DNA of 64,000 nucleotides, taken from the IMG/VR virus record IMGVR_UViG_3300027777_000001, positions 10,080 through 74,079 of that record. One strand, 5' to 3'. How positions within the stretch are numbered: the first letter of the stretch is position 1; each line of letters opens with the position of its first letter. Of this stretch, positions 54,997 through 64,000 are shown one piece after another. Both the position numbers and the translations under genes were made by a program. Origin of the DNA: a virus. Below the pieces are notes generated by a model. That model saw nothing but the letters and a program-made list of their open reading frames with translations, searched no databases and was not told the DNA's origin.

Positions 54997-56603
54997 GTGA
55001 CAGCGTAGCCGAGGTGTTGGCACCATGGACTGTTGAACAGTACCTAAACAACACTTCGTATACGGTGACAGCGGGGTATGTACCGAGTGCCTTTGCCTTG
55101 CAGTTTGTGACCTTCATTAAGCTTGTGAATGGTGAGCAAGGTGAGGAGCATCAAACCCCCTTGGTTCACTATCGAATGCTCGATACCCTGACCGAGGATG
55201 GGAGGAGGGTTGTGAACCTCTGCCATCGAGGGATTGCTAAGACCACCCTGATGGGTGAGTACTTGTTTCTATATATCGCAGTCTTTGGTGAGATCCCTGG
55301 ATTCGGTAAGATTGACCTAGCCTTGTATGTGTCTGACTCCATCGAGAACGGGGTCAAGAACATGAGAAAGAACCTAGAGTTCCGATGGGAGAACTCAGAG
55401 TTCTTAAAGGAGTATGTCCCAAGGATTCGATTCACAGATATCCGTTGGGAGTTTGAGAACGTCGATGGCAAGCTGTTTATCGTAAAAGGTTACGGAGCCA
55501 AGACTGGAGTTCGTGGAGCCAAGGAGTTAGGTACCCGCCCACAGCTTGCAGTCTTAGATGACTTGATTAGTGATGAGGATGCTCGCTCGGTGACTGTGAT
55601 TAGTGCGGTAGAAGATACCGTATACAAGGCTGTGGACTACGCCTTGCACCCAAGTAAGAACATGGTGATCTGGTCGGGCACACCTTTTAATGCTAAGGAT
55701 CCACTGTACAAGGCAGTCGAATCTGGGGCATGGACAGTTAACGTGTTCCCTGTGTGTGAACAGTATCCCTGTTCGAGAGAAGAGTTTAAAGGGAGCTGGC
55801 CTGATCGCTTTACCTATGACTACGTCAAGACCCAGTATGACTCAGCCATCAAACTAGGTAAGGTCGATACCTTTAACCAAGAGTTGATGCTACGCATTAT
55901 GTCTGATGAGGATCGGATGATCCAAGACAGTGACATCTGTTGGTACAAGCTAGGCAATGTGCTGCAGAACCGTTCAAGGTTTAACTTCTATATCACCACA
56001 GACTTTGCGGTATCAGAGAAGCAACGGGCTGACTATTCGGTGATCAGTGTCTGGGCATATAACAACATTGGAGATTGGCTCTGGGTTGATGGAGTCTGCA
56101 AGCGCCAGTTGATGGACAAGAACATTGATGATCTGTTTAGACTGGCTCAGGAATATAAGCCTCAGAGCGTAGGGGTGGAAGTCTCAGGTCAACAAGCAGG
56201 CTTCATCCAATGGATTCAGAACCAGATGATGGAGAGGAATAACTACTTTGCTCTGGCCTCAGACGGGAATGATACGAAGCCAGGTATCAGACCCAACACC
56301 AACAAGCTGGTTAGGTTCAATACCATGGTGCCAATGTTCAAGTCACACAAGATGTTCTTCCCTATTGAGAGGAAGCTCGAACCTGCAATGCTAGAAGCCA
56401 TGAATGAATTGAGCTTGGCTTCAGCAGGTGGATTTAGAAGTAAGCATGATGACTTTATCGACACGATCTCACAGCTTGCCTCGCTCACACCTTGGAAGCC
56501 AAGCAACGAAGCCCCGATGTCTCCGTCTAGTAAAGACCACGGGATGTGGGAGCTTGAGTTAACCGACGAAGTGGTAGATCGCATGGCCTCTTACATTGTT
56601 TAA
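54993..56603 (+). CDS. Terminase large subunit (N4 gp68-like)
   Basis: HRGIAKTT, VLDD, GTP, TTDFA, KHDDFID. Confidence 0.93.
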   Translation: MSDSVAEVLAPWTVEQYLNNTSYTVTAGYVPSAFALQFVTFIKLVNGEQGEEHQTPLVHYRMLDTLTEDGRRVVNLCHRGIAKTTLMGEYLFLYIAVFGEIPGFGKIDLALYVSDSIENGVKNMRKNLEFRWENSEFLKEYVPRIRFTDIRWEFENVDGKLFIVKGYGAKTGVRGAKELGTRPQLAVLDDLISDEDARSVTVISAVEDTVYKAVDYALHPSKNMVIWSGTPFNAKDPLYKAVESGAWTVNVFPVCEQYPCSREEFKGSWPDRFTYDYVKTQYDSAIKLGKVDTFNQELMLRIMSDEDRMIQDSDICWYKLGNVLQNRSRFNFYITTDFAVSEKQRADYSVISVWAYNNIGDWLWVDGVCKRQLMDKNIDDLFRLAQEYKPQSVGVEVSGQQAGFIQWIQNQMMERNNYFALASDGNDTKPGIRPNTNKLVRFNTMVPMFKSHKMFFPIERKLEPAMLEAMNELSLASAGGFRSKHDDFIDTISQLASLTPWKPSNEAPMSPSSKDHGMWELELTDEVVDRMASYIV

Positions 56604-56611
56604 GGATTGAT

Positions 56612-57361
56612 ATGAAACTTGCAGAAATCTTTGCCCAACTTACGCACGGTGAACTCTCACAGATTAGTCTGGGAGGTGCAGCCGCAGGGGAGGTGAATAA
56701 GTCTGGCTACCTGCAGTTGGTGTCCCATGTGAACTTGGGGCTGACAGCCTTGCATAAACGGTTTCAGATCAAAGAGAATCGCCTGATCTTAAAGCTCACA
56801 CAGGGGGTGATTAGTTATCCCTTGAAGAGTAGCTATGCTGTGAATGGATTGGCTTCCTTTGTCCCTGTGCGTACCATTCAGGATACAACCCTTGATCCCT
56901 TCAGGGATGACATCCTGAAAGTGGAGCGTGTGATCTCTAATTTGGATTGGGAGTTTGAGCTTAATAATGAAAGCGAGAAGTATTCGGTATTCACCCCAAC
57001 CTTTAATACTCTAAGGATCCATAAAGACTTGGTGACAGGCTCCAAGGACTTACCCGCATGGCTGCGTACAGAATCCATGACGGTGATCTACAGAGCGAAC
57101 CACCACATCCTGACATCCGATGATGATATCGATTCACCGGACGATCAAGAAGTCGAGTTGCCAGACAGTTATCTGGAACCCTTGTTGTACTTCATTGCCT
57201 CGAGGATTATGAATCCCATTGGCTCAGGCCAAGGGGAGATGAACATGGGGAATAACTACGCAGCCAAGTACGAGCAAGCGTGTCAGGCTATTGAGTTAGC
57301 GAACCTGAGGGTCGATCAGGGAAGCCAGAGTACGAACCTTAGACGAAACGGTTGGGTGTAA
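56612..57361 (+). CDS. Virion adaptor/tail protein (N4 gp67-like)
   Basis: L..GELS, NLGLTALHKRF, L.YFIASR, GWV C-terminus. Confidence 0.8.
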   Translation: MKLAEIFAQLTHGELSQISLGGAAAGEVNKSGYLQLVSHVNLGLTALHKRFQIKENRLILKLTQGVISYPLKSSYAVNGLASFVPVRTIQDTTLDPFRDDILKVERVISNLDWEFELNNESEKYSVFTPTFNTLRIHKDLVTGSKDLPAWLRTESMTVIYRANHHILTSDDDIDSPDDQEVELPDSYLEPLLYFIASRIMNPIGSGQGEMNMGNNYAAKYEQACQAIELANLRVDQGSQSTNLRRNGWV

Positions 57362-57395
57362 ACAACTTTCAATGTTCGGTAGCGCACATAAGAAC

Positions 57396-57421
57396 AAGCC
57401 CCTTAACTGGGGCTTTGTTTT
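57396..57421. terminator. Bidirectional terminator
   Basis: aagcccc-ttaact-ggggctt between convergent genes. Confidence 0.7.
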
Positions 57422-57656
57422 ATCTGCTGGAATCGTAGGGATAAATTAAATCAATACGTTTATCCAGTTTATCGAGGTAAGCGGTCATGGCTCGGGATTG
57501 AGAGATTAATAATTCACGCTCAGTATGGGGGACAGCCAAGAAGTTAGGGCGGCGAGTAAAGTTCAAGAGTTTAAATAGTTTGTTATTTAAATCTTCCCGT
57601 TCAATTAACAGTCTTTGCTTATATGGAGATATCTCTGAGGGGTCAGAATTGCTCAT
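57420..57656 (-). CDS. Small coiled-coil protein (crAss001_48-like)
   Basis: QRL..E...L...L.KL..F ... LL..Q..AM..Y...L..RI. Confidence 0.7.
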   Translation of the reverse strand: MSNSDPSEISPYKQRLLIEREDLNNKLFKLLNFTRRPNFLAVPHTERELLISQSRAMTAYLDKLDKRIDLIYPYDSSR

Positions 57657-57775
57657 TATTAATTCCTAGGTATTAACAATTAACGAGGGAGATAATCAAG
57701 TCATTTAATATTATTAGTAATAATATATTAGAATAGGTATTAACATGGGCATTATATATACATACTGGGAAAGAT

Positions 57776-59941
57776 ATGAATATGAAAGGTCAAGGGGTTA
57801 ATACGGACGTAGAGAATGCTCCATTAACTAAATGGAAGAATGCGCCCAATATCCGTGACTTAAAGCAAGATCTGGAAGATTCAAAGGCATCCCATAGCGC
57901 CCAAGTTACTAAGGTAGCGATCTGGTTAGATAATCTAAATGTCACCGGAACAGCCAAGATTAAGGGCTCGGATGGTAACTCCAAGATGGTGCCCAAGTTA
58001 ATCCGTAAGCAAGCAGAGTGGCGTTACGCTGCATTATCTGAACCCTTCCTATCTACCGAGGATGTCTTTAATGTCAACCCAATTACTTGGGAAGATAAGA
58101 AGGCGGCATACCAGAACCAATTAGTCTTGGCTCACCAATTTAATACCCAGATTGATAAGACCCGATTCATTGATGAGTACGTACGCACAGGCGTAGACGA
58201 AGGCACCATCATTGTTCGAGTGGGTTGGAGGTTTGAGGAAGAGGATTATCAGGAACAAGTTCCTGTGGTGGAGTTTAGGGTTAACCCTGAGGTAGCAGAA
58301 CTCCATCAATATCTGATGCAGCTTCAAACTGAGTCGCCAAGCCAGTACGACACAGATGTTCCAGACGAGATTAAACAAGCGCATGAGTTAACCATGCAGC
58401 AAGGCCAGCCCATTGAGGCCATCGTCACAGGCTACAAAGAAGAGACGCGGGTAAGAACGGTTAAGAACCAACCTACGCTCGAGGTATGTGATTATCGCAA
58501 CGTCTACATTGACCCGACTTGTATGGGCAATATCGAGCGTGCTGGGTTTGTGATCTATAGCTTTGAATCCAATCTGACTGAATTGAAGAAGGACGGAAAG
58601 TACAAGAATCTCGGTAACATTAATGTGACCAATGCCACCATCTTAGGTGAGCCAGACCATGCCACAGCCACAGGTACGCAGACCTTTAACTTCAGTGACG
58701 AGCCTCGCAAGAAGTTCGTGGTCTATGAGTACTGGGGTTATTGGGACATCGATGGCACAGGAATCGTTAAACCCTTTGTAGCCGCTTGGGTTGGTAACAT
58801 CCTAATCCGGTTAGAAGAGAATCCATATCCAGATAAGCAGATCCCATTTGTCGTGGTTCAGTACCTGCCAGTACGACGAGGTGTGTACGGTGAGCCCGAT
58901 GGTGCGCTGCTAGAAGATAACCAGAAGATTGCGGGGGCTGTGACCCGAGGCATGATTGATCTCATGGGTAAATCAGCCAACGGTCAGTCGGGTATTCGCA
59001 AAGATGCGCTAGATCCCACCAATCGACGCAAGTTCGATAAGGGCTTGGATTACGAGTTCAACGTGAACATCGATCCAAGGCAAGGGATGTATATGCACGT
59101 ATATCCCGAGATCCCTCAGTCTGCACAGTTCATGCTGCAGCTCCAGAACATGGAAGCTGAGTCGATCACAGGAGTCAAAAGCTACTCACAAGGCGTATCC
59201 GGTGCAACCCTTGGGGATGTTTCCGTAGGCGTACGGGGAGCCTTAGATGCAGCCTCCAAGAGGGAACTAGGAATCCTTCGCAGACTGGCTCAGGGAATGG
59301 TTCAGGTAGGACGAAAGATCATCAGCATGAATGCTGAGTTCCTGTCCGAGGAAGAGACGGTACGGGTCACAAACGAAGAGTTTGTGAAGATCCGTAAGGA
59401 TGACCTCCCAGGTAATTTTGATTTAACCCTGTCGATCAGCACAGCCGAGGAAGACAACAACAAGGCTGAGCAACTGGCTTTCATGTTGCAAACCATGGGT
59501 AACAACATGGATCCAGACCTCTCCAAGATGATCCTAAGTGACATCGCCAAGCTTCGTAAGATGCCTGATCTGGCTCAGAAGATTGAGAAGTATCAGCCCC
59601 AACCCGATCCAATGGTTGAGCAAATGAAGCAATTGCAGATGCAATTACTCCAAGCCCAGATTGCTACTGAACAGTCTAAGGCTCAGATGAATATGGCTAA
59701 TGCACAGCTTGATCAATCTAAAGCTGGGACAGAGGGTGTTAAGCAAGGGCACATTCAATCGGATACTGATCTGAAGAACCTTGAGTTTGTCGAGCAAGAG
59801 AAGGGCGTTACCCAAGAGCGAGAGATGCAGCTTCATGGGGAACAGGCTCGATCACAAGGCCAGTTAAAGATGATGGATCACCAGATGAAACAGGAAGATA
59901 AAGTTAATGATGTACTGGCGGATTACTTAAAGAATAGATAA
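57776..59941 (+). CDS. Portal protein (N4 gp59-like)
   Basis: LT.WKN.P....LK.D, PKLIRKQAEWRY.ALSEPFL, ILRRL. Confidence 0.93.
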   Translation: MNMKGQGVNTDVENAPLTKWKNAPNIRDLKQDLEDSKASHSAQVTKVAIWLDNLNVTGTAKIKGSDGNSKMVPKLIRKQAEWRYAALSEPFLSTEDVFNVNPITWEDKKAAYQNQLVLAHQFNTQIDKTRFIDEYVRTGVDEGTIIVRVGWRFEEEDYQEQVPVVEFRVNPEVAELHQYLMQLQTESPSQYDTDVPDEIKQAHELTMQQGQPIEAIVTGYKEETRVRTVKNQPTLEVCDYRNVYIDPTCMGNIERAGFVIYSFESNLTELKKDGKYKNLGNINVTNATILGEPDHATATGTQTFNFSDEPRKKFVVYEYWGYWDIDGTGIVKPFVAAWVGNILIRLEENPYPDKQIPFVVVQYLPVRRGVYGEPDGALLEDNQKIAGAVTRGMIDLMGKSANGQSGIRKDALDPTNRRKFDKGLDYEFNVNIDPRQGMYMHVYPEIPQSAQFMLQLQNMEAESITGVKSYSQGVSGATLGDVSVGVRGALDAASKRELGILRRLAQGMVQVGRKIISMNAEFLSEEETVRVTNEEFVKIRKDDLPGNFDLTLSISTAEEDNNKAEQLAFMLQTMGNNMDPDLSKMILSDIAKLRKMPDLAQKIEKYQPQPDPMVEQMKQLQMQLLQAQIATEQSKAQMNMANAQLDQSKAGTEGVKQGHIQSDTDLKNLEFVEQEKGVTQEREMQLHGEQARSQGQLKMMDHQMKQEDKVNDVLADYLKNR

Positions 59942-60050
59942 TCCAAGATAGTTAATATCTATTAATTATTATTTATTAATTAATATAATGTATTATGTGT
60001 ATAAATAAGCTGTTTATTAATTTAGTTAATGTGTACATATAAAGGCTTTC

Positions 60051-60392
60051 ATGTCGCTTGAAACGATACAAGAAATTGAATCGAGTATTAAAGAAGCCAA
60101 GATAATGGTGGATAAGGGTAGGGCTTTAGAACGCTTAATGACTAATCAGGACTTTAAGAAACTGATTACTGTTGGGTACTTAGAGACTGCTGCTATCCAG
60201 CTAGTGTTATTAAAAGCTCAAGCGAATATGCAGACTGATGCACTACAAAGTGTGATTATTAAACAGATTGATTCAATTGGTTCATTGAATGAGTACTTCG
60301 AGGAAATTCGTCACCAATCATTATTAGCGGCAACGTCCATAATTAATAATGAAGAAACCCGTGATGAAATTATTGCAGAGGGACTTGAATAA
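60051..60392 (+). CDS. N4 gp58-like protein
   Basis: AL.RL..N.DFKKLI..GY; synteny. Confidence 0.75.
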   Translation: MSLETIQEIESSIKEAKIMVDKGRALERLMTNQDFKKLITVGYLETAAIQLVLLKAQANMQTDALQSVIIKQIDSIGSLNEYFEEIRHQSLLAATSIINNEETRDEIIAEGLE

Positions 60393-61552
60393 TGAGTGAA
60401 GTAATCAAAGACAAAGACGAAGCAAAGTCTTACTTAGAGATGTCAGATGAGGAGATGTTGAACTTACCTCCTCCGAGTATGGAAGATTTTAGTGGTGAGG
60501 CCAAAGAGCCCGCCAATGACGATGTAGCAGAACCCGTAGAACCCACAGAAGATGCATCTGCAGAAGATGCCACTGAGGATGCCGAGGACGAGGCTGCAGA
60601 AGGCGCAGCCGATGCTGCTGACGAGGACGAAGGCGAAGAGTCTGACGATGCTGAGAAGCCTGAGGCTCGAGCAGATGTCGATGTAACAGAGAAAGATGAC
60701 GGGCCTGAAGATCGGTCTGAGGTGGATTACAAGACCGAATACGAGAAGGTGTTTGCACCCTTCAAAGCGAACGGTAAAGATATTAGTGTGAAGAGCGCAG
60801 AGGATGCGATCTCGCTCATGCAGATGGGGGCTAACTACAACAAGAAGATGGCGGCTTTAAAACCGAATCTTAAATTGTTGAAGATGCTCGAGAAGCATGA
60901 GTTGTTAGACGAATCGAAATTAAGTTACTTGATTGACTTGGATAAAAAGAATCCTGAAGCAATCAATAAGTTAGTGAAAGACAGCGGTTTAGATCCAATG
61001 GATTTTGACGCTGAGAAGGCAAGCGAGTACAAGCCGAAAACTTACACGGTTGATGAACGTGAGATGGAGTTGGATACGGTTCTAGGGGATCTTAAAGATA
61101 CCCCTGCGTATACCCGAACACTCGAGGTCGTTGGCAATAAGTGGGACGGTGCAAGCAGACAGGTGATCGCAGATGCGCCACAACTGTTGAAGGTGATTAA
61201 CGGACACATCACAAGTGGCGTCTACGACATCATCTCAACACAGGTAGATCAAGATCGCACGTTTGGACGCTTGGATGGTTTAACGGATATTGAAGCTTAT
61301 CGGAAAGTTGGCGATGCGATTCAAGCCAGAGGTGGGTTTGACCACTTGGGATTATCCCAAGGGAAACAAACACCAAAGGGGACGATTGTGACACCACCAA
61401 AACCAAAGGTCGATAGCGTTGAATTGCGGGACAAAAAGCGGGCTGCAAGCTCCACTAAACCTGCTGCTGCTAAGTCTGAAGCCAAGGAATTTAACCCCCT
61501 TGCGATGTCAGATGAAGAGTTCAGCAAACAGGGTATTGACAAGTTCCTCTAA
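60392..61552 (+). CDS. N4 gp57-like protein (scaffold / 'tape measure')
   Basis: MSDEE repeats, acidic N-terminus, PFKANGK, MQMGANY.KKM. Confidence 0.85.
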   Translation: MSEVIKDKDEAKSYLEMSDEEMLNLPPPSMEDFSGEAKEPANDDVAEPVEPTEDASAEDATEDAEDEAAEGAADAADEDEGEESDDAEKPEARADVDVTEKDDGPEDRSEVDYKTEYEKVFAPFKANGKDISVKSAEDAISLMQMGANYNKKMAALKPNLKLLKMLEKHELLDESKLSYLIDLDKKNPEAINKLVKDSGLDPMDFDAEKASEYKPKTYTVDEREMELDTVLGDLKDTPAYTRTLEVVGNKWDGASRQVIADAPQLLKVINGHITSGVYDIISTQVDQDRTFGRLDGLTDIEAYRKVGDAIQARGGFDHLGLSQGKQTPKGTIVTPPKPKVDSVELRDKKRAASSTKPAAAKSEAKEFNPLAMSDEEFSKQGIDKFL

Positions 61553-61569
61553 TTTAAAAGGTGTTTACC

Positions 61570-62973
61570 ATGTCAGCACAACAATATAACGACCCAGCAG
61601 GCGGCACAGCCTCTACTGTTGGTTCACAGCTCCTTACCCAGTTCTATCAGAAACAAGCTCTGGTTGAACTCAAGAAACTCCAGTTCTTCAGTCAATTGGC
61701 TGATGTGACCTCGATGCCTAAGAATATGGGCAAAAAGATCAAACGGTACCACTACCTTCCAATGCTTGATGATCGCAACATCAACGATCAAGGTCTGGAT
61801 GCGGCTGGTGTAGTCATCGATATGTCAAAGTTTGAAGTCACTTTGAGTCGCTTGGTTCAGACCTTTGCTGTGGAAGCTAATGCTACTGCAGCCGCTGCTG
61901 CTGTGAATGCAGTGACCGCAGGTGTAGCAACCAAGTCTGGTTCAGTTACACCTTGGACAGTGACATTCACCAAAGTCGCTCTGGGTTACACCACAAGCGC
62001 ATTAGCTGCAGCTGTTGTGGCTGCGATCCCCGGCACACAGAGTGCTCAAGGTTCTGGCTACTTGTATGGCTCATCCAAAGACATCGGTACGATCTCAGGC
62101 AAGTTGCCTGTGCTCTCGGAAACTGGTGGACGAGTTAACAGGGTTGGTTTCAAGCGTATCGAACTCGAAGGCTCAATCGAGAAGTTTGGTTTCTTCGATG
62201 AGTACACCCAAGAGTCGATGGACTTTGACACTGATGCCGAACTTGCTCAGCACATCAACCGTGAGATGCTTTACGGTGCTGCTGAAATGACAGAGGATTC
62301 ACTGCAGATCGATTTGATCAACAGTGCTGGTGTCATTAAGTACGCTGGTTCAGCAACCACGAACGCCACTATCGATGCGACATCGCTTGTGACTTACAGT
62401 GACTTGCTGCACCTCTCGATCACTTTGGACAACAACCGTACGCCTAAGCAAACTACCTTAATCACAGGTACACGCATGGTGGACACCAAGACCTTGCCAG
62501 CCGCACGTATTCTGTACTGTGGCTCAGAGCTCTTGCCTACCTTGAAGGCCATGAAGGATCTGCACGACAATCCAGCCTTTGTCTCTGTTGAGAAGTATTC
62601 AGCAGGTGGCATTACCTCTACAGGTGAAGTTGGTGCAATCGATCAGTTCCGTGTGGTGATCGTTCCTGAGATGCAGAAGTGGGCAGGTGCGGGTGCTGCA
62701 GTCGGTAGCAATACTGCCAACTACAGTGACGGTGCTTTCTTCGATGTGTTTCCAATGTTGTGTGTGGGTGATGCATCATTCACCACCATCGGTTTCCAAA
62801 CTGACGGTAAGACTGTGAAGTTTGTGGTCACACACAAGAAGCCTGGTGTCGAGACTGCAGATCGTCTGGATCCATATGGTGAGACTGGCTTTATGAGTAT
62901 CAAGTGGTACTACGGCTTCATGGTTCTGCGTCCAGAACGTATTGGCTTGATCAAGACTGTTGCCCGTCTGTAA
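61570..62973 (+). CDS. Major capsid protein (N4 gp56-like)
   Basis: [51 protein letters not shown]. Confidence 0.95.
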   Translation: MSAQQYNDPAGGTASTVGSQLLTQFYQKQALVELKKLQFFSQLADVTSMPKNMGKKIKRYHYLPMLDDRNINDQGLDAAGVVIDMSKFEVTLSRLVQTFAVEANATAAAAAVNAVTAGVATKSGSVTPWTVTFTKVALGYTTSALAAAVVAAIPGTQSAQGSGYLYGSSKDIGTISGKLPVLSETGGRVNRVGFKRIELEGSIEKFGFFDEYTQESMDFDTDAELAQHINREMLYGAAEMTEDSLQIDLINSAGVIKYAGSATTNATIDATSLVTYSDLLHLSITLDNNRTPKQTTLITGTRMVDTKTLPAARILYCGSELLPTLKAMKDLHDNPAFVSVEKYSAGGITSTGEVGAIDQFRVVIVPEMQKWAGAGAAVGSNTANYSDGAFFDVFPMLCVGDASFTTIGFQTDGKTVKFVVTHKKPGVETADRLDPYGETGFMSIKWYYGFMVLRPERIGLIKTVARL

Positions 62974-62988
62974 GCAGGGTGTTTGAAC

Positions 62989-63018
62989 GGGAGGGGGGAA
63001 ACCCTCTCCCTCTTTTTT
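62989..63018 (+). terminator. Intrinsic terminator after capsid gene
   Basis: gggagggggg-aaa-ccctctccc hairpin followed by tctttttt. Confidence 0.75.
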
Positions 63019-63035
63019 AATCTCTCGGAGATACC

Positions 63036-63608
63036 ATGTCAGAACACGACGATCAGGAAGTCATCCAAGACGAACTCTCGGCTCTTAAAGACCGTGCAGA
63101 TTTGATGGGTCTTTCATATCATCCGTCCATTGGTCTGGAAAAGCTACGAACCAAAGTACAAGAAGCTTTATCGGATACCCCTCCCAAGGCTGTAGCCGTG
63201 GCGGTACCCACCTCTGAAGGCCTACCCCACGTTGAGTCAGCTGATGAGTTTAGGGGACGCAAGCGTAAGGAAGCCTCAGAGCTTGTGCGTATTCGTTTGT
63301 CATGCATGAACCCAAACAAGAAAGACTGGGCAGGAGAGATCATCACCACAGGGAATTCCTTGGTGGGAACCTTTGCCAAGTATGTCCCCTTTGCTGCGGA
63401 AGATGGTTGGCACGTTCCTCGGATCATCTACGATCAATTGGCAGAACGTAAGTGTCAGATCTTTGTGTCTTCACGGGACAGCAAAGGCAACACCACACGC
63501 AAGGGTAAGTTGATCCGTGAGTTTGCTATCGAGATTCTTCCAGCCTTGACTATTGAAGAGTTAAAGGAGTTGGCTCAACGTCAGGCTCTTGCTAACGCAA
63601 TCGACTAA
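63036..63608 (+). CDS. N4 gp55-like protein
   Basis: LK.RAD.MG..YHP.IG.EKLR, CMNP.K.D..GEI, LP.LT..EL..LA..Q. Confidence 0.85.
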   Translation: MSEHDDQEVIQDELSALKDRADLMGLSYHPSIGLEKLRTKVQEALSDTPPKAVAVAVPTSEGLPHVESADEFRGRKRKEASELVRIRLSCMNPNKKDWAGEIITTGNSLVGTFAKYVPFAAEDGWHVPRIIYDQLAERKCQIFVSSRDSKGNTTRKGKLIREFAIEILPALTIEELKELAQRQALANAID

Positions 63609-63620
63609 GGAAACAATCCA

Positions 63621-64000
63621 ATGAGTGCAATTCTTACTTCTGCTCTGACTGATGCCACCCTTGAAGGGTCAGGGGTGTTTGATGTATTGATGCGTGCAAA
63701 CAAAGCACACCTCGAGGCAGAGTTTAGTAAGAATCGTATCAAAGGCCCAGAGTATGCAACCGTCTACCTTGGAGCCCTCACACAGGTGCTTCAAGTTTCA
63801 GCCAGCTTTGCCTTGGCTCAACATAAGGCTGGGTTAGAAGCAGATCTTTTAGCCGAGCAGATCGCATTGTCTACGGCTCAACGTGAGTTGGTTGTTCAGC
63901 AGAAACTTCAGATCCAAGATGCCATGCTAACGGCAGCTCTTCAACGTACAGAAGTAACAGCTCAAATTGCACAGATCAATGCACAAACTATTGGGGTGAC
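63621..64000 (+). CDS. N4 gp54-like structural protein, 3'-truncated
   Basis: G.GVFD.LM.A.KAHL..EF...RI.G.EYA.VY; SD aagga; open to window end. Confidence 0.8.
   Translation, partial: MSAILTSALTDATLEGSGVFDVLMRANKAHLEAEFSKNRIKGPEYATVYLGALTQVLQVSASFALAQHKAGLEADLLAEQIALSTAQRELVVQQKLQIQDAMLTAALQRTEVTAQIAQINAQTIGV

Noticed and set aside
20-63427. Many short antisense or alternate-frame ORFs in the track
   Set aside because: They overlap well-supported genes and lack motifs or SD; only the o-spanin (28659-28916) was accepted
1-64000. Integrated prophage with host flanks
   Set aside because: No cellular housekeeping genes seen; a single att core has arm repeats on both sides and phage genes left and right

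Overview
The window is most of the genome of an N4-like phage (Schitoviridae), circularly permuted. It opens inside the giant virion RNA polymerase gene and closes inside the N4 gp54-like structural gene. N4 hallmarks present: vRNAP, two-subunit RNAPII, gp24/gp25 AAA+VWA pair, helicase, family A DNA polymerase, gp42-gp45 replication cluster, terminase, portal and major capsid protein. Accessory genes include nrdA, nrdB, thyX and a + strand tail-fibre/lysis block. Four things stand out. (1) A complete integration module in a normally lytic phage family: tyrosine integrase, excisionase and an intact attP whose core is the 3' end of tmRNA (or tRNA-Ala), flanked by 11-bp arm repeats; no CI-type repressor is recognisable. 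(2) The RNAPII large-subunit gene is split inside catalytic motif B by an 836-nt group I intron (46412-47247, - strand) carrying a homing endonuclease; splicing restores a 412-aa protein. (3) The early region is an array of seven GC-GTA-GC hairpin promoters with matching terminators; two units contain no convincing gene and are candidate small RNAs. (4) The major capsid protein has a roughly 70-aa insertion. All family assignments come from motif recognition and synteny, not from database searches.
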